Of a stretch of 64,000 bases of DNA, positions 28,490 to 39,230 are shown one piece after another. Source of the DNA: Nitrospirota bacterium. GTDB lineage: Bacteria; Nitrospirota; UBA9217. The position numbers and the translations under genes were made by a program. Within the stretch, counting starts at the first letter, position 1, and each line of letters starts with the position of its first letter. The notes beneath the pieces are model-generated. The model saw only the letters and a program-made list of their open reading frames with translations. It had not been told where the DNA came from and did no database searches. Where the stretch lies: positions 640,001 through 704,000 of the forward strand of contig CAWBNQ010000003.1 of NCBI GenBank assembly GCA_963790205.1, given 5' to 3'.

Positions 28490-28720
28490 TCATCCCACAT
28501 GAATGATCGTGACCGGGCAGGAGTCGGAGGCCTCCTTCACCTTGTCCAGGAGCTCCGCCGGCGCTTCGCCCGTTGCGGGATCGCCCCCGACGCGATACTT
28601 CGTTGTCACTTCACTCCAGCTGTCGTTCGGATTCTGCTGGAAGAACTCGGGGCAGACGGTCCAGCATGATTCGCAGCTGATGCATTCTTCCCTGGTGATC
28701 GTTACTTTTGTTTTTGCCAT
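28490..28720 (-). CDS. Single-cluster ferredoxin
   Basis: CISCESCWTVCP...SCPVTIIH; GAGAGG RBS. Confidence 0.9.
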   Translation of the reverse strand: MAKTKVTITREECISCESCWTVCPEFFQQNPNDSWSEVTTKYRVGGDPATGEAPAELLDKVKEASDSCPVTIIHVG

Positions 28721-28794
28721 GAGTACACCTCTCTTCAGTTGAATTTTTATGAAATAAAACCGCGATAGCACAATGGATTGTCCGGCTGTCAGGA

Positions 28795-29118
28795 TTAAAC
28801 GAGTCTTTTTCTCTCCAGAACATCGTCTGCCCAGGAGAGCGCGGCCGAGACGGAGGGAAAACCGATCGTACTCGTGAGGAGAATGACGGCGTGGCGTATT
28901 TCCTCGGGCTTGGCGCCGGCCGCGACGGCCCGCCGCGTGTGCGAGTGGACCGAACCTTCGGAATGGACCGCTGCGGCAGCGGCGAGCTGGACCAGCTCTG
29001 AAGTCTTTTTATTCAGCGGTCCGGCTGTCTTGGCCGCCTTGCCGAGGTTTTCCACTGCTTTCATAAGACCTTTGTACCGTTTCTGGATGCCGGTGTACTG
29101 GTTGGGCAGCTTGGGCAT
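28795..29118 (-). CDS. Carboxymuconolactone decarboxylase / AhpD-like protein
   Basis: GPLNKKTSELVQLA..GSVHSHTRRA..GAKPEEI..TIGFP. Confidence 0.88.
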   Translation of the reverse strand: MPKLPNQYTGIQKRYKGLMKAVENLGKAAKTAGPLNKKTSELVQLAAAAAVHSEGSVHSHTRRAVAAGAKPEEIRHAVILLTSTIGFPSVSAALSWADDVLERKRLV

Positions 29119-29255
29119 GGGATTTCTCCTCTCGCATTCATACCGGGGTCGTCTCCCGCCTTCGGAGTTATTTTTTCAAGTGTATGCAAAAAGCCGGGAA
29201 TAGTCAAGTGAATGCGGCGTTTGACTCGCCGGGGGATCTATGCTACGTTTTTATC

Positions 29256-30137
29256 ATGCAGAGCGCAGAATATCTCCGGCAGGTGGTGACCGTACTTTCA
29301 GGGGAGATCGGGGTCCGCACCTACCGGGACATGGACCGGCTCCAACGAACGGCGGAATATATCTCCGGGCAATTCAAGGCTTCCGGCTACGAGGTTTCAA
29401 GACAGCCTTTTCTCTTCCGGGGCAACACGTACCATAACGTCATCGCGGAGCTCACGGGCGGGGCTTCCCCGGAAAAAATCCTCATCGTCGGGGCGCATTA
29501 CGACACGGTTCGCACCACCTCCGGAGCGGACGACAATGCAAGCGGCGTGGCCGGCCTGCTCGACCTGGCGAGGACGCTTCGGGGGAAGAAGTTGTCGAAG
29601 ACCGTACGGTTCGTTGCCTTTGCCCTTGAAGAGTCGCCGGTCTACCGCTCCCGGAACATGGGGAGCTATCACTATGCGCGGAGCTTGAAGGAAAAAAAGG
29701 AACAGGTCCTGGGCATGGTCTGCCTCGAGATGATCGGCTTCTTCTGCGACCGCGACGGCTCTCAGCATTATCCGCTCCCGTTTTTTAAATTACGATATCC
29801 TTCGCAGGGGAACTTCATCTCCCTGGTCGGCAACCTGCGCTCCCGGGCCTTTACGAAAAGGATGGCCGCGGGTTTTCGCAAGGCCGTCGATCTTCCTCTC
29901 GTCACGTTGAACGCGCCGGCGATCGTCGTGGGCATCGACTTTTCCGACCACTGGTCGTTCAACAAGTTCGGGTATGACGCGCTCATGGTCACGGACACGG
30001 CTTTCTATCGCAACCCTCACTATCATGCGCCGACGGACCTGCCTGAGACGCTCGATTACGGACGGATGGCCAAGGTGGTCGAGGGGCTCACCGCGGCAGT
30101 GGGGGAATGGGGAGGGAGCGACGGAGGCGGGGCATGA
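29256..30137 (+). CDS. M28 family peptidase
   Basis: VGAHYD, GADDNASG, LEE, SDHWSF, YHAPTD. Confidence 0.92.
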   Translation: MQSAEYLRQVVTVLSGEIGVRTYRDMDRLQRTAEYISGQFKASGYEVSRQPFLFRGNTYHNVIAELTGGASPEKILIVGAHYDTVRTTSGADDNASGVAGLLDLARTLRGKKLSKTVRFVAFALEESPVYRSRNMGSYHYARSLKEKKEQVLGMVCLEMIGFFCDRDGSQHYPLPFFKLRYPSQGNFISLVGNLRSRAFTKRMAAGFRKAVDLPLVTLNAPAIVVGIDFSDHWSFNKFGYDALMVTDTAFYRNPHYHAPTDLPETLDYGRMAKVVEGLTAAVGEWGGSDGGGA

Positions 30138-30234
30138 GAGATGAAAAGAAGCGGGAACACCCGGGGAATATTGACAATCCCGTCGTTTCCGTGTATTTTT
30201 AAGGCAGGCGCATTGTTATTATAAGGAGGATGGC

Positions 30235-30480
30235 GTGAAGAAAGCATGTTTACTACTGGCATTGTTTTTCCTGTTTTCATCGGCAGCGGTTTTTGCCGAC
30301 GAAGAGAAGGAATCGGCAAAGGAAGGATTCAAGGAAGTCCAGAGTGGAATGAAAAAAGTGGCCAAGGCTGTTGATAAGAAGGCCAAGCAAGGCGCAAAAA
30401 AGATCGACAAGACCGCCAAGAAGACCTGGAAACAGATCGGACACGACATTCATCATCAGGATCAGGCCGGCAAGGACTGA
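30235..30480 (+). CDS. Small secreted lysine-rich protein
   Basis: Signal peptide ending AVFA; AAGGAGG RBS. Confidence 0.7.
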   Translation: MKKACLLLALFFLFSSAAVFADEEKESAKEGFKEVQSGMKKVAKAVDKKAKQGAKKIDKTAKKTWKQIGHDIHHQDQAGKD

Positions 30481-30612
30481 CGCCCCAAGGACTTTCCGGG
30501 ATGACCACGTCCGGCCTTCCCTTTCCGGTTCCTCGAAAACTCCATTGACATTCCTGCCGCTCCCCTATATTCTATTTCGGTCAGTCGATACCTTCAGAGT
30601 GTGAGGCACGGC

Positions 30613-33231
30613 ATGATCCTGACCAGGATTCAAGAAACGGCAGCGCGGCATCCCGACGACACAGCCGTCCAAATGAAGTCTGACAACGCGTACCGGCAAT
30701 ACACCTATCGGGACCTGGTGCAGGGCACGGCGTCCGTTGCCCGCTCCCTCTCGGAGGGGGGGATCGGGAAGGGCGACCGCGTGGCCCTTCTTTCCGAGAA
30801 CCGTCCCGAATGGATCTTCGCCTATCTCTCGACGGTCTCGCTCGGGGCGGTCATCGTTCCGCTCGACGCGCAGTTCACTGACAAGGAGGTGGCGCTCCTT
30901 CTTGCAAACTCCGGGGCAAAGGCGGTCTTCGTGTCCGCGGCAGGCAGGCCGAAGCTTCCCCCGACCAATCGCTCATGATACTTTCCTTTGACGCCGGGGA
31001 AGGTCTTTCTTTCCCGGAGATGCTCACGGCCCATCTTGACGCAGAAATACCTCCCGCGCCTTCGCCCGGCGATACGGCCGCGCTTCTCTACACCTCGGGC
31101 ACGACCGGCGACCCCAAAGGGGTGATGCTTTCCCACGGAAACCTGGCATCGAACCGCGAAAGCGTTATCCGGCTGAACCTGATCGGTCACGGGGACAACC
31201 TTCTCTGTCTTCTCCCGCTGCACCATACCTATCCCGCCATCGCCTGTATCTTCTACGCTCTCGCCGTCGGCGCGAAGGTGACGATCCTGAACAGCCTGAA
31301 GGGCCCCGATATCCTCGCGTGCATGAAGGAGACGAACGTGAGCGTCATGCTCGGCGTGCCGCAGTTGTTCGCCGGCCTGCGCCGCGCCATCTTTGACGAA
31401 ATACGGAAAAAACCTGTTGTCGTGCGGCTGCTCGTAAAAATTCTTCTCAGCATGAACGGCCTGTTCAGGAAGACCGCGAACGTGAATGTGGGTAAGGCGC
31501 TCTTCGGCAAGGTGCACGCCCGGTTCGGGCCCGGGTTCAGGCTTTTTGCGAGCGGCGGGGCGCGGCTCGATCCCGACGTGTACACCGACATGACCAGGCT
31601 CGGGTTCACCATCATCGAAGGGTACGGCCTGACCGAGACCTCGCCGGTCTGCACCTTCAACCCCGTTTCGAAGCAGAAGCCGGGCTCGATCGGCATCCCG
31701 GTCCCCGGCGTCGAGGTCAGGATCGCGAACCCCGATGAGCACGGCCAGGGAGAGCTCGCGGTGCGCGGACCGAACGTGATGCTCGGTTATTACAAAAAAC
31801 CCGCGGGAAACCGCCGAAGTGCTGAAGGACGGCTGGTTCTATACCGGCGACCTGGGGTTCCGGGACAAGGACGGGTACTTTTTCATCACCGGCAGGTCCA
31901 AGGAGATGATCGTGCTCCCTACGGGGAAGAAGATATTTCCCGAGGAGCTCGAGAAGTTCTACAAACAGATCCCCGCGATCAAGGAAATTTGCCTCATTCA
32001 GGGCGAGCGCGGGCTTGAGGCGGCCGTGGTCCCCGATTTCGATTATCTCCGGAAGATGAACCTTTCAAATTCGCGCGAGACCATCGCGTTCGAGATCGAA
32101 GACCTCGCCAAAGACCTGCCGCCCTACAAACGGATCTCGGGCCTCAAGATATTCAAGGAGTCCCTGCCCGTAACGCGTCTGGGCAAGCTCAAGAGGAGCC
32201 TGGTAAAAGACCTGTATGAAAAGGGCGGCGAACGGGCGGAGAAAGCGGTGGAGGAAATCGACGGCAACCTGCTTGCGGACCCGGTTGCGAAGAAGCTGCT
32301 CGCGTGCCTTGAACCCTTTTCCGCAAAAAAGAACATCGTGCCCGACGACAACCTGGAACTCGACCTCGGGCTCGATTCGCTTTCGAGGGTGGAGCTGGTC
32401 GTGAGCCTCGAAAAGACCCTGGGCCTCAGCCTGCCGGAGTCCTTCGGCTCCGAGATCTTTACGGTAAAAGACGCGGTGCTGAAGCTCCGGGAGCTGATCG
32501 CTTCGGGACCGGTGAAGGCCGGCGAGCAGGTGCGGCTGACCTGGGCCGAGATCCTCGTTCAGGAGCCTTCCGACGGGGTGCAACAAACGCTCAGCCTCGA
32601 ATCGGGCCTGCTCTGCAGCATCGGCAAGTATCTCCTCAAAGGGTTTCTCAAGGTATTTTTCAAGGTCTACAACCGCCTTTCAATACGCGGCCTCGAGAAC
32701 CTCCCGAAAAGAGGGCCCTATATTATCGCGCCGAACCATTTGAGCCTTGCCGATGCTCCGGCTGTCATGGCTTCGGTCACCTGGAGCATCGGATCGCAGA
32801 CATTCTTCCTCGGCACCACCGATTATTTCGGCGGACCGCTCACGTCCCGGTTGGCCAAGTCACTTCAGGTGATCCCGGTTGACATGGACGCCAGGCTGTA
32901 CGGCGCACTCCAGCTTTCCGCCTACGTGCTTCGGAAAGGCAAGGTCCTGTGCGTGTTCCCTGAAGGCGGCAGGTCGCGCGACGGAGGCATTAAGGAATTT
33001 AAAAAAGGCGTGGGCATCATCTCCCGGGAATTGAACCTTCCGGTGGTCCCCGTTGCCATCAAGGGCACGTACGAAATGCTGGCCCCGGGGAAAAAGTTCC
33101 CCCGGCCGGCCAGGGTCTCGGTCACCTTCGGCAAACCGATCCATCCCGGGGACAGGGATTATGACGGGATCGTGAAGAGGTTGCACGAGGAAGTTGTGGA
33201 ACTGCTGGGGGAAAGACGAGGGACGACGTAA
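30613..33231 (+). CDS. Long-chain acyl-CoA/ACP ligase - acyl carrier - PlsC acyltransferase fusion (apparent frameshifts near 30960 and 31806)
   Basis: LLYTSGTTGDPKG, GYGLTET, WFYTGD, LGLDSL (ACP serine), PNHLSLAD, FPEGGRS. Confidence 0.88.
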
Positions 33232-33293
33232 GAAGTAAGAAGCCTCTATCATACGCCCTGCATCGGATCCTTTCATTAATAAGAGGGTTAACC

Positions 33294-34262
33294 ATGAAAT
33301 TCATAAAAAGATCGTTCCCGGTGGTTTTTCTGATGATCGTCGTTTCGTCCTGCGCGTCCACGCAGGCGCCCCCGGTGACGGGGGCGGCGCGTCCGAAGAT
33401 AGCGCTTGTGCTGGGCGGCGGCGCGGCCCGCGGCTTCGCGCACGTAGGCGTGATACGCGCGCTCGAGCAGGAGAAGATCCCGATCGACATGATCGTCGGC
33501 ACCAGCGTGGGCAGCCTCATCGGCGCGATCTATGCCAGCGACACGAACAGTTTCGATCTCGAATGGACCGCGTTCACCCTCGAAAAAGACGACCTCTTCG
33601 ACTACGCCATCTTCTCGGCGATCACGGGCATGGGACTGGTCAAGGGAGACAAGCTCGAAGACTTCGTGAAGGCCAAGATCCCGACCGCGAACATCGAAAA
33701 CCTCAAGTTGCCCTTTACCGCGGTCGCGACCGATCTCAACCGCGGCACGCGCGTGGTGCTCGACCGCGGGTCCGTGGCCAAGGCGGTGCATGCCAGCAGC
33801 GCCATCCCGGGAGTATTCAGCCCCGTCGATTATCAGGGCAGGCTTCTTGTGGATGGCGGCATCGTGGACAATATCCCGATCTCCGTGGCCAGGGACAAGG
33901 GCGCGGACATCGTGATCGCCGTCGACATCAGCGAGAACGTGACGAATTTCAACATTACCAATCTCGTGGACGTCGTTCTCCAGTCCGCGAACATCATGTT
34001 CAATGAAAGCGTGAAGAACAGGAAAAAGGACGCCGACGTGCTCATCACGCCGGCTGTGGGGGACGTGGGCATGCTCGATTTCACCCAGAAGAAGCGGTGT
34101 ATGCAGGCCGGCATCGACGCGGCGCAAAAGGCCATGCCGGAGATCAGGGAAGAAGATCGAAGAGTGGGAGAAAAAGGCGGCGCAGAAATGAGCCAACTAC
34201 CGATACAGAATAAACCACAGAGGCACAGAGACTTTCCAATCTACAAGTCGGCCTTATTATAA
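33294..34262 (+). CDS. Patatin-like phospholipase lipoprotein (true stop probably about 34191, after a +1 error near 34148)
   Basis: VSSC lipobox, GGGAARG, GTSVG, DGG. Confidence 0.9.
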   Translation: MKFIKRSFPVVFLMIVVSSCASTQAPPVTGAARPKIALVLGGGAARGFAHVGVIRALEQEKIPIDMIVGTSVGSLIGAIYASDTNSFDLEWTAFTLEKDDLFDYAIFSAITGMGLVKGDKLEDFVKAKIPTANIENLKLPFTAVATDLNRGTRVVLDRGSVAKAVHASSAIPGVFSPVDYQGRLLVDGGIVDNIPISVARDKGADIVIAVDISENVTNFNITNLVDVVLQSANIMFNESVKNRKKDADVLITPAVGDVGMLDFTQKKRCMQAGIDAAQKAMPEIREEDRRVGEKGGAEMSQLPIQNKPQRHRDFPIYKSALL

Positions 34263-34458
34263 TAAATTTCATGTACCAACTTTGATGTATTCGTAAGAAA
34301 TAAAAATCCACCGCGGAGACGCAGAGAATAAAAATTAATTGGTTTCCTCCGCGCCCTCCGCGACTCTGCGGTTAAATCCGACTTTTTACGATTTTACCGG
34401 CTTTAAAAGACGGCATCAGGAGGCTTGTCCTTTAATCTTTCTCTGTGTCTCTGTGGTT
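34213..34458. repeat. Three nested inverted-repeat pairs
   Basis: Outer AACCACAGAGGCACAGAGA, middle TCGTAAGAAA/ACTTTTTACGA, inner ACCGCGGAGACGCAGAG. Confidence 0.75.
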
Positions 34459-34483
34459 AATACCGTTTTAAGGAGTCATTTCT

Positions 34484-35335
34484 GTGCTGAAAAAAATCAA
34501 GGTCATCCTCGATATGATCAAGTTCGAGCACACGATCTTCGCGCTTCCCTTCGCCTTTACCGGCGCGCTGCTCGCGGCCGACGGCCTCCCTCCGTGGAGA
34601 ACGGTCCTCTGGATCGCCGCGGCCATGTTCGGCGCGCGCTCGGCAGCCATGGGGTTCAACCGCTGGGCCGACCGGCACATCGACGCCGAGAACCCGAGGA
34701 CGAAAACCCGTGCCTTGCCCATGAGACTCGTTACGCCGGCGCAGGTGGTCCTGTTCACCGCGGCCTCATCGGCGCTGCTCATGTGTGCGGCATATATGCT
34801 GAACCCGCTTTCTTTTTATCTCTCGCCTGTTGCGCTTGCAGTCGTATTTTTCTACTCCTACACGAAACGCTTCACCTATCTGTCGCACGCCTTTCTCGGC
34901 CTCGCCATCTGCCTTTCTCCGATCGGCGCCTGGATCGCGGTCACCGGGAAGATAGAGCCGCCCGCGCTCGTGCTCGGCGCCGCGGTGCTGTTCTGGCTGC
35001 TCGGGTTCGACGTGCTCTACGCGCTCCAGGACATGGAGTTCGACCGCAAGGCCGGGCTCCACTCCATTCCGCAGCGTTTCGGGATCAGACGCTCGCTCTG
35101 GATATCCCGCGCTTCGCATGCTGTGACCATGGCCGCACTCCTCTGGCTCTCTATTTTACTCTCCCTCGGATGGCTTTACCTCGCCGGCGTTTTCATCGCC
35201 CTGTGCCTCATCGTCTATGAACATACGCTGGTGAAGGAGGACGATCTTTCAAAGCTCGATATCGCGTTCTTCAACATGAACGGCTACATCAGCGTGACGG
35301 TTTTTCTGTTCACCCTGATGGACAGACTGGTGTGA
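34484..35335 (+). CDS. UbiA-family prenyltransferase (MqnP-like)
   Basis: IKFEHTIFALPF, NRWADRHIDAENPRT, YSYTKRF, FDVLYALQD. Confidence 0.9.
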   Translation: MLKKIKVILDMIKFEHTIFALPFAFTGALLAADGLPPWRTVLWIAAAMFGARSAAMGFNRWADRHIDAENPRTKTRALPMRLVTPAQVVLFTAASSALLMCAAYMLNPLSFYLSPVALAVVFFYSYTKRFTYLSHAFLGLAICLSPIGAWIAVTGKIEPPALVLGAAVLFWLLGFDVLYALQDMEFDRKAGLHSIPQRFGIRRSLWISRASHAVTMAALLWLSILLSLGWLYLAGVFIALCLIVYEHTLVKEDDLSKLDIAFFNMNGYISVTVFLFTLMDRLV

Positions 35336-35341
35336 TGTCCA

Positions 35342-35941
35342 TCAGGGTCCGCCTTGTTTCCCCCTCTTGACCTTTGCCGCGCATTCCGGGCAGATGCCGT
35401 GCGTGAACGTTGCGTTCGAGCGGCTTTCGATGTAGGCCTCGACCTGGTCCCAGTAGCCCTTATCATCGCGGATCTTCCGGCACCAAGCGCAGATGGGGAT
35501 CATCCCGCTCAGCGTCTTGACGTTTGCCAGAGCATCCTGGAGTTCGCGGATAAGCTTGTTCCGTTCGATTGCATAACGCAGGGCGCGGGAAAGGAGATGG
35601 CCGTCGACCTGCCCTTTGATGAGATAGTCCTGGGCGCCCTCATGCACCGCACGGACCGCAAGCGCCTCGTCATCCAGACCGGTCAGCAGTACGATCGGCA
35701 CTGCGCCCGCCTTTTCCCGGAGTTTGAAGAACGTGTCGAAGCCCTGGCTGTCGGGCAACGAGAGGTCCAGCAGCACCACGTCCCGCTCGCCGTCCGCGAG
35801 CCGGACGAGGCCCGTGGAGAGTCTGTCCGCAGTCTCCAATTCAGGAACCCCGTCCCGCAGGCCTTTCAGCATTTCACGGATCATGCGTGCATCGGCGGGA
35901 TTGTCTTCGATCAGCAGGACCCTGAGCGGGCGATCACCCAT
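35342..35941 (-). CDS. Response regulator with C-terminal Cys-rich (ICAWCRKIRDDKGYW..HGICPEC) domain
   Basis: REC domain LLDLSLPD..AQDYLIK. Confidence 0.9.
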   Translation of the reverse strand: MGDRPLRVLLIEDNPADARMIREMLKGLRDGVPELETADRLSTGLVRLADGERDVVLLDLSLPDSQGFDTFFKLREKAGAVPIVLLTGLDDEALAVRAVHEGAQDYLIKGQVDGHLLSRALRYAIERNKLIRELQDALANVKTLSGMIPICAWCRKIRDDKGYWDQVEAYIESRSNATFTHGICPECAAKVKRGKQGGP

Positions 35942-35946
35942 AGCAT

Positions 35947-36393
35947 TTACCTCGTGGGAAGCTTTACGATCGTGAGCCAGAAATCCTCGATCGACCTGAA
36001 TATCCTGATGAACTGCTCAAGGTCCACGGGTTTCTTGATATAGCTGTTCACGCCGGATTCATACGCCTTCCACACGTCCTGGTCCGCGTCCGACGTCGTC
36101 AGGACGATGATGGGTATGGTCTTCAGTTCCCGGTCGGACTTGATCTCGCTCAAAACTTCCCTCCCGTCCTTCCTGGGCAGGTTCAGGTCGAGGAGGATAA
36201 GATCCGGACGGTCTGCATCGGCGTATTTTCCCTGCTTCTGCAAAAAAGCCAGGGCTTCTTCCCCGTCCGTGGCCACGCTGATATGGTTCGTGATCCTGCT
36301 GTCTTTGAACACTTCGATGGTCAGCCTGACATCCGCCGGGTTGTCTTCAACCAGCAAAATTTCGACCGGCCTTCCTCCTCGAGTATCGGTCAT
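35947..36393 (-). CDS. Single-domain response regulator (Rcp1-like)
   Basis: [26 protein letters not shown]. Confidence 0.92.
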   Translation of the reverse strand: MTDTRGGRPVEILLVEDNPADVRLTIEVFKDSRITNHISVATDGEEALAFLQKQGKYADADRPDLILLDLNLPRKDGREVLSEIKSDRELKTIPIIVLTTSDADQDVWKAYESGVNSYIKKPVDLEQFIRIFRSIEDFWLTIVKLPTR

Positions 36394-39230
36394 GGTGCCC
36401 CCTTTTTCTTCTCATGTGTTTGATCGATCGTGGTGTCGCTCCCGGCCGGCTTCGGAAGCGTAAAAAGAAAGGTCGAGCCCTTTCCCGGTTCCGAATTCAC
36501 CCAGATGCTGCCCCCGTGGCGCTCCACGATTTTTTTGCAGATAGCGAGGCCGATGCCCGTACCGGGGTATTCTTCGCGTTTATGGAGGCGCTGAAAAACC
36601 TGGAAGATCCGGTCGAAATACTGGGGATCGATGCCGATGCCGTTGTCCTGAACGGAAAAAAGCCAACCGGTTTCCAAGGCGGAATGCGGAATGCGCCCTG
36701 CACTCGCGCCTGACGCACTCGTAACCGCTGGGTGCAGGCGGAGTGAGGAATGAACTGCGGGATCAGCGAGCTGCTTCGCAGAAACATGGATGTGCGGCGG
36801 CTCATCTTTCTTCCGGTACTTGACTGCGTTTCCGATCAGGTTTTGGAACAGGTGCACGAGCTGTGATTCGTCAGCAGTCACGACGGGCAGGGGATCGGCA
36901 GTAATCACGGCGCTACTCTCCTCGATGGAGGCCTTCAGGTTCGTAAGCGCTTTCTGCATCACCAAATCGCAGTTCGCCGGCTTGAAGGGGTTCCCGCGGG
37001 TCGTGACCCGGGAATAATCGAGGAGATCGCGAATGAGCTGCTGCATGCGGAGGGCGCCGTTCACGATATATTCTATGAAATCGTCCGCGTTCTCGTCCAG
37101 CCTGCCCTTATATCTCTGTTCGAGGAGCTGCGCAAATCCGGACACGACGCGGAGCGGCTCCTGGAGGTCATGGGAGGCGATGGAGGCGAACATCTGCAGC
37201 TCCTTGTTGCTTCGCTCCAGTTCGTTGGAATAACGGACCAGCGCCTCCTCGGCCCGTTTCCTCATCATGAAATCCCCGATCTGGCTGCCGAGGGCGTCGA
37301 ACATCTTGAGCAGGTCCTCATCCGGAGACTGCACGCTATGGCTGAAAAAATCCATGACGCCGATCACTTCTCCGGCGCTCCTGATCGGGAAGGCGAACCC
37401 TGCGTGCAGTCCTGCCGCGACCGCAGCGGCGACGCGCGGGAAATTCGGGTCAGTTTCAACGTCGGTGATCCAGAGAGGGCGTCCGTCCTCCCATACGCGT
37501 CCCGGAAGGCCCCTGCCGCGCACGAAGGCGGTCCCGCGGCTGAGCGCATTGAATTCCGAGGCGTCCAGGGAGGGGGTTTGCCAGACGCCCCCCAGGCGCA
37601 GCGCCGGGGAGCCCGCTTCAACGAGCCACACCTCGCCCATTACCCAACCCACGTGTTCGCAGATGGACCGGAGGATATCGGGCGTCGCCTCGGCGGGAGA
37701 GCCGGATTTCGCGAGGATCTCGATCACCGCATACTGCACGGCAAGCCGGCGCTCCGCTTCTTTGCGTTCGGTGATGTCCTGCGCCATGAGGAAATAGCCG
37801 ATGAGGGCGTTGTTCTTATCGCGTATGCCGGTTATCCCCGTCTCGATGAATATACGGCGCCCGTCCCTCATCTGCTCGACAACGTAATGATAATCCCGGC
37901 CGAGCCGGACCATTTCCCTGGCCTTGTCAACGGCGCCCCGATCGACTTTTTCGCGCAAGTGGATCTCGTTGACCGTTTTCCCGATGACCTCCCCGGCCGC
38001 GTACCCGAAGATCTTTTCCGCCACGGTGTTGTAATACTTGATGCGGAGGTCGAGGTCGGTGGCGGCGATCGCCAGCGGGGAGGACTGCAGGATATTGTCG
38101 AGGTAGACCGTTTTTTCGCGTAAAAGCTCCTCCGCCTGCCTTTCCAATTTTTCCCGCGCCTTGATGATTTCCACGGTGAGGTTCTCGAACTGCTGCTCAA
38201 GCACGAAGAGTTCGTCGCCTCTGCGGATTTCCGGGACGTGTATGCGCAAGGCGTCCTGAGAAAAGTCCGTGATCGTTCGAGTGAGCCGCTGGATGTGCCG
38301 CGTGATCCAGATTGTTATCGCTGCAAACGCAAGGATGAGCGAAAAGGAGACGATAGCGCGCTGGAGGCGCTCGGCGGAGAGAACCGAGGCGTTCAGCCTG
38401 TCGGCCTCGGCCCGGGAAATGAACGAAACCAGCTGGACGGTCAAATCCGAGCCGCCCGAGTCAAAAAAGGATTTGCCGGTGACGAGGTAGTTCTTTTTCA
38501 GTGAATCGAGCGTCGCTCCGGAAGGTATCAGGTCGGACCTGTTGCTCGCGATGATGCGCGGCGCGTCCCCGGCGGCGAGCGCCACGATGTTCTCCTCCGA
38601 TGTCATGCCCAGAGCGGAGACGAGAAAATCGCTGTCAAGATTTACTGCCAGCATCAGCGTCGCCAGTGGTTTTCCCTGCGGGGTCTTTACTGATTCCGAG
38701 GTGAGCAGGAACGGTATGCCGTCCAGGGTCGTCATGAAGCTCTGATTATGACTGAGCTGCCGCAGAAGCGCTGAAGGCCGGAGCAGGGTCGCAGGCGGCG
38801 GAACGGGCCAGCCCTGATAGACCTCACGCACCCTTCCTTCGGGGTCGATCAGGAGTGCGTAATGGATATGCACGAATTTGCGCATGACCGACGCATTGGG
38901 GAGCCACAAAGGCAGTTCAGAATGCCAGGTGACGCGCATCGCGCCGTCCGGGGCTTCGATGCGGGACTCGGCATAAGCGATGATGCTCTGCTGTGAGGCG
39001 ATCAGCGTTGCCGCTTGCTCATATGATCCGACATAGTTGTCAAAGCGAATTCTGTTGTCCCCGGCCACTTCCGACAGTCGCCGGGCGAGGTTGGCCTCGA
39101 AGATCTGCCGCAACTTTTTTGTCTGCGTATGGTCGAGGACCCCCCATACCACGACGCCCACCAGGAACGTCAACATCAGCAGTTTCGGGGCAAGGGGGAT
39201 TCGTCGCAGAATTTTGGATGTCGTCTTCAT
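36390..39230 (-). CDS. Membrane sensor histidine kinase (HAMP-PAS-GAF-HisKA-HATPase)
   Basis: [33 protein letters not shown]; contains an in-frame repeat insertion. Confidence 0.93.
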   Translation of the reverse strand: MKTTSKILRRIPLAPKLLMLTFLVGVVVWGVLDHTQTKKLRQIFEANLARRLSEVAGDNRIRFDNYVGSYEQAATLIASQQSIIAYAESRIEAPDGAMRVTWHSELPLWLPNASVMRKFVHIHYALLIDPEGRVREVYQGWPVPPPATLLRPSALLRQLSHNQSFMTTLDGIPFLLTSESVKTPQGKPLATLMLAVNLDSDFLVSALGMTSEENIVALAAGDAPRIIASNRSDLIPSGATLDSLKKNYLVTGKSFFDSGGSDLTVQLVSFISRAEADRLNASVLSAERLQRAIVSFSLILAFAAITIWITRHIQRLTRTITDFSQDALRIHVPEIRRGDELFVLEQQFENLTVEIIKAREKLERQAEELLREKTVYLDNILQSSPLAIAATDLDLRIKYYNTVAEKIFGYAAGEVIGKTVNEIHLREKVDRGAVDKAREMVRLGRDYHYVVEQMRDGRRIFIETGITGIRDKNNALIGYFLMAQDITERKEAERRLAVQYAVIEILAKSGSPAEATPDILRSICEHVGWVMGEVWLVEAGSPALRLGGVWQTPSLDASEFNALSRGTAFVRGRGLPGRVWEDGRPLWITDVETDPNFPRVAAAVAAGLHAGFAFPIRSAGEVIGVMDFFSHSVQSPDEDLLKMFDALGSQIGDFMMRKRAEEALVRYSNELERSNKELQMFASIASHDLQEPLRVVSGFAQLLEQRYKGRLDENADDFIEYIVNGALRMQQLIRDLLDYSRVTTRGNPFKPANCDLVMQKALTNLKASIEESSAVITADPLPVVTADESQLVHLFQNLIGNAVKYRKKDEPPHIHVSAKQLADPAVHSSLRLHPAVTSASGASAGRIPHSALETGWLFSVQDNGIGIDPQYFDRIFQVFQRLHKREEYPGTGIGLAICKKIVERHGGSIWVNSEPGKGSTFLFTLPKPAGSDTTIDQTHEKKKGAP
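36679..36760. repeat. In-frame copy of the 12512-12625 element inside the kinase HATPase domain
   Basis: Reverse complement CTCCGCCTGCACCCAGCGGTTACGAGTGC..CGAGTGCAGGGCGCATTCCGCATTCCGC. Confidence 0.7.
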
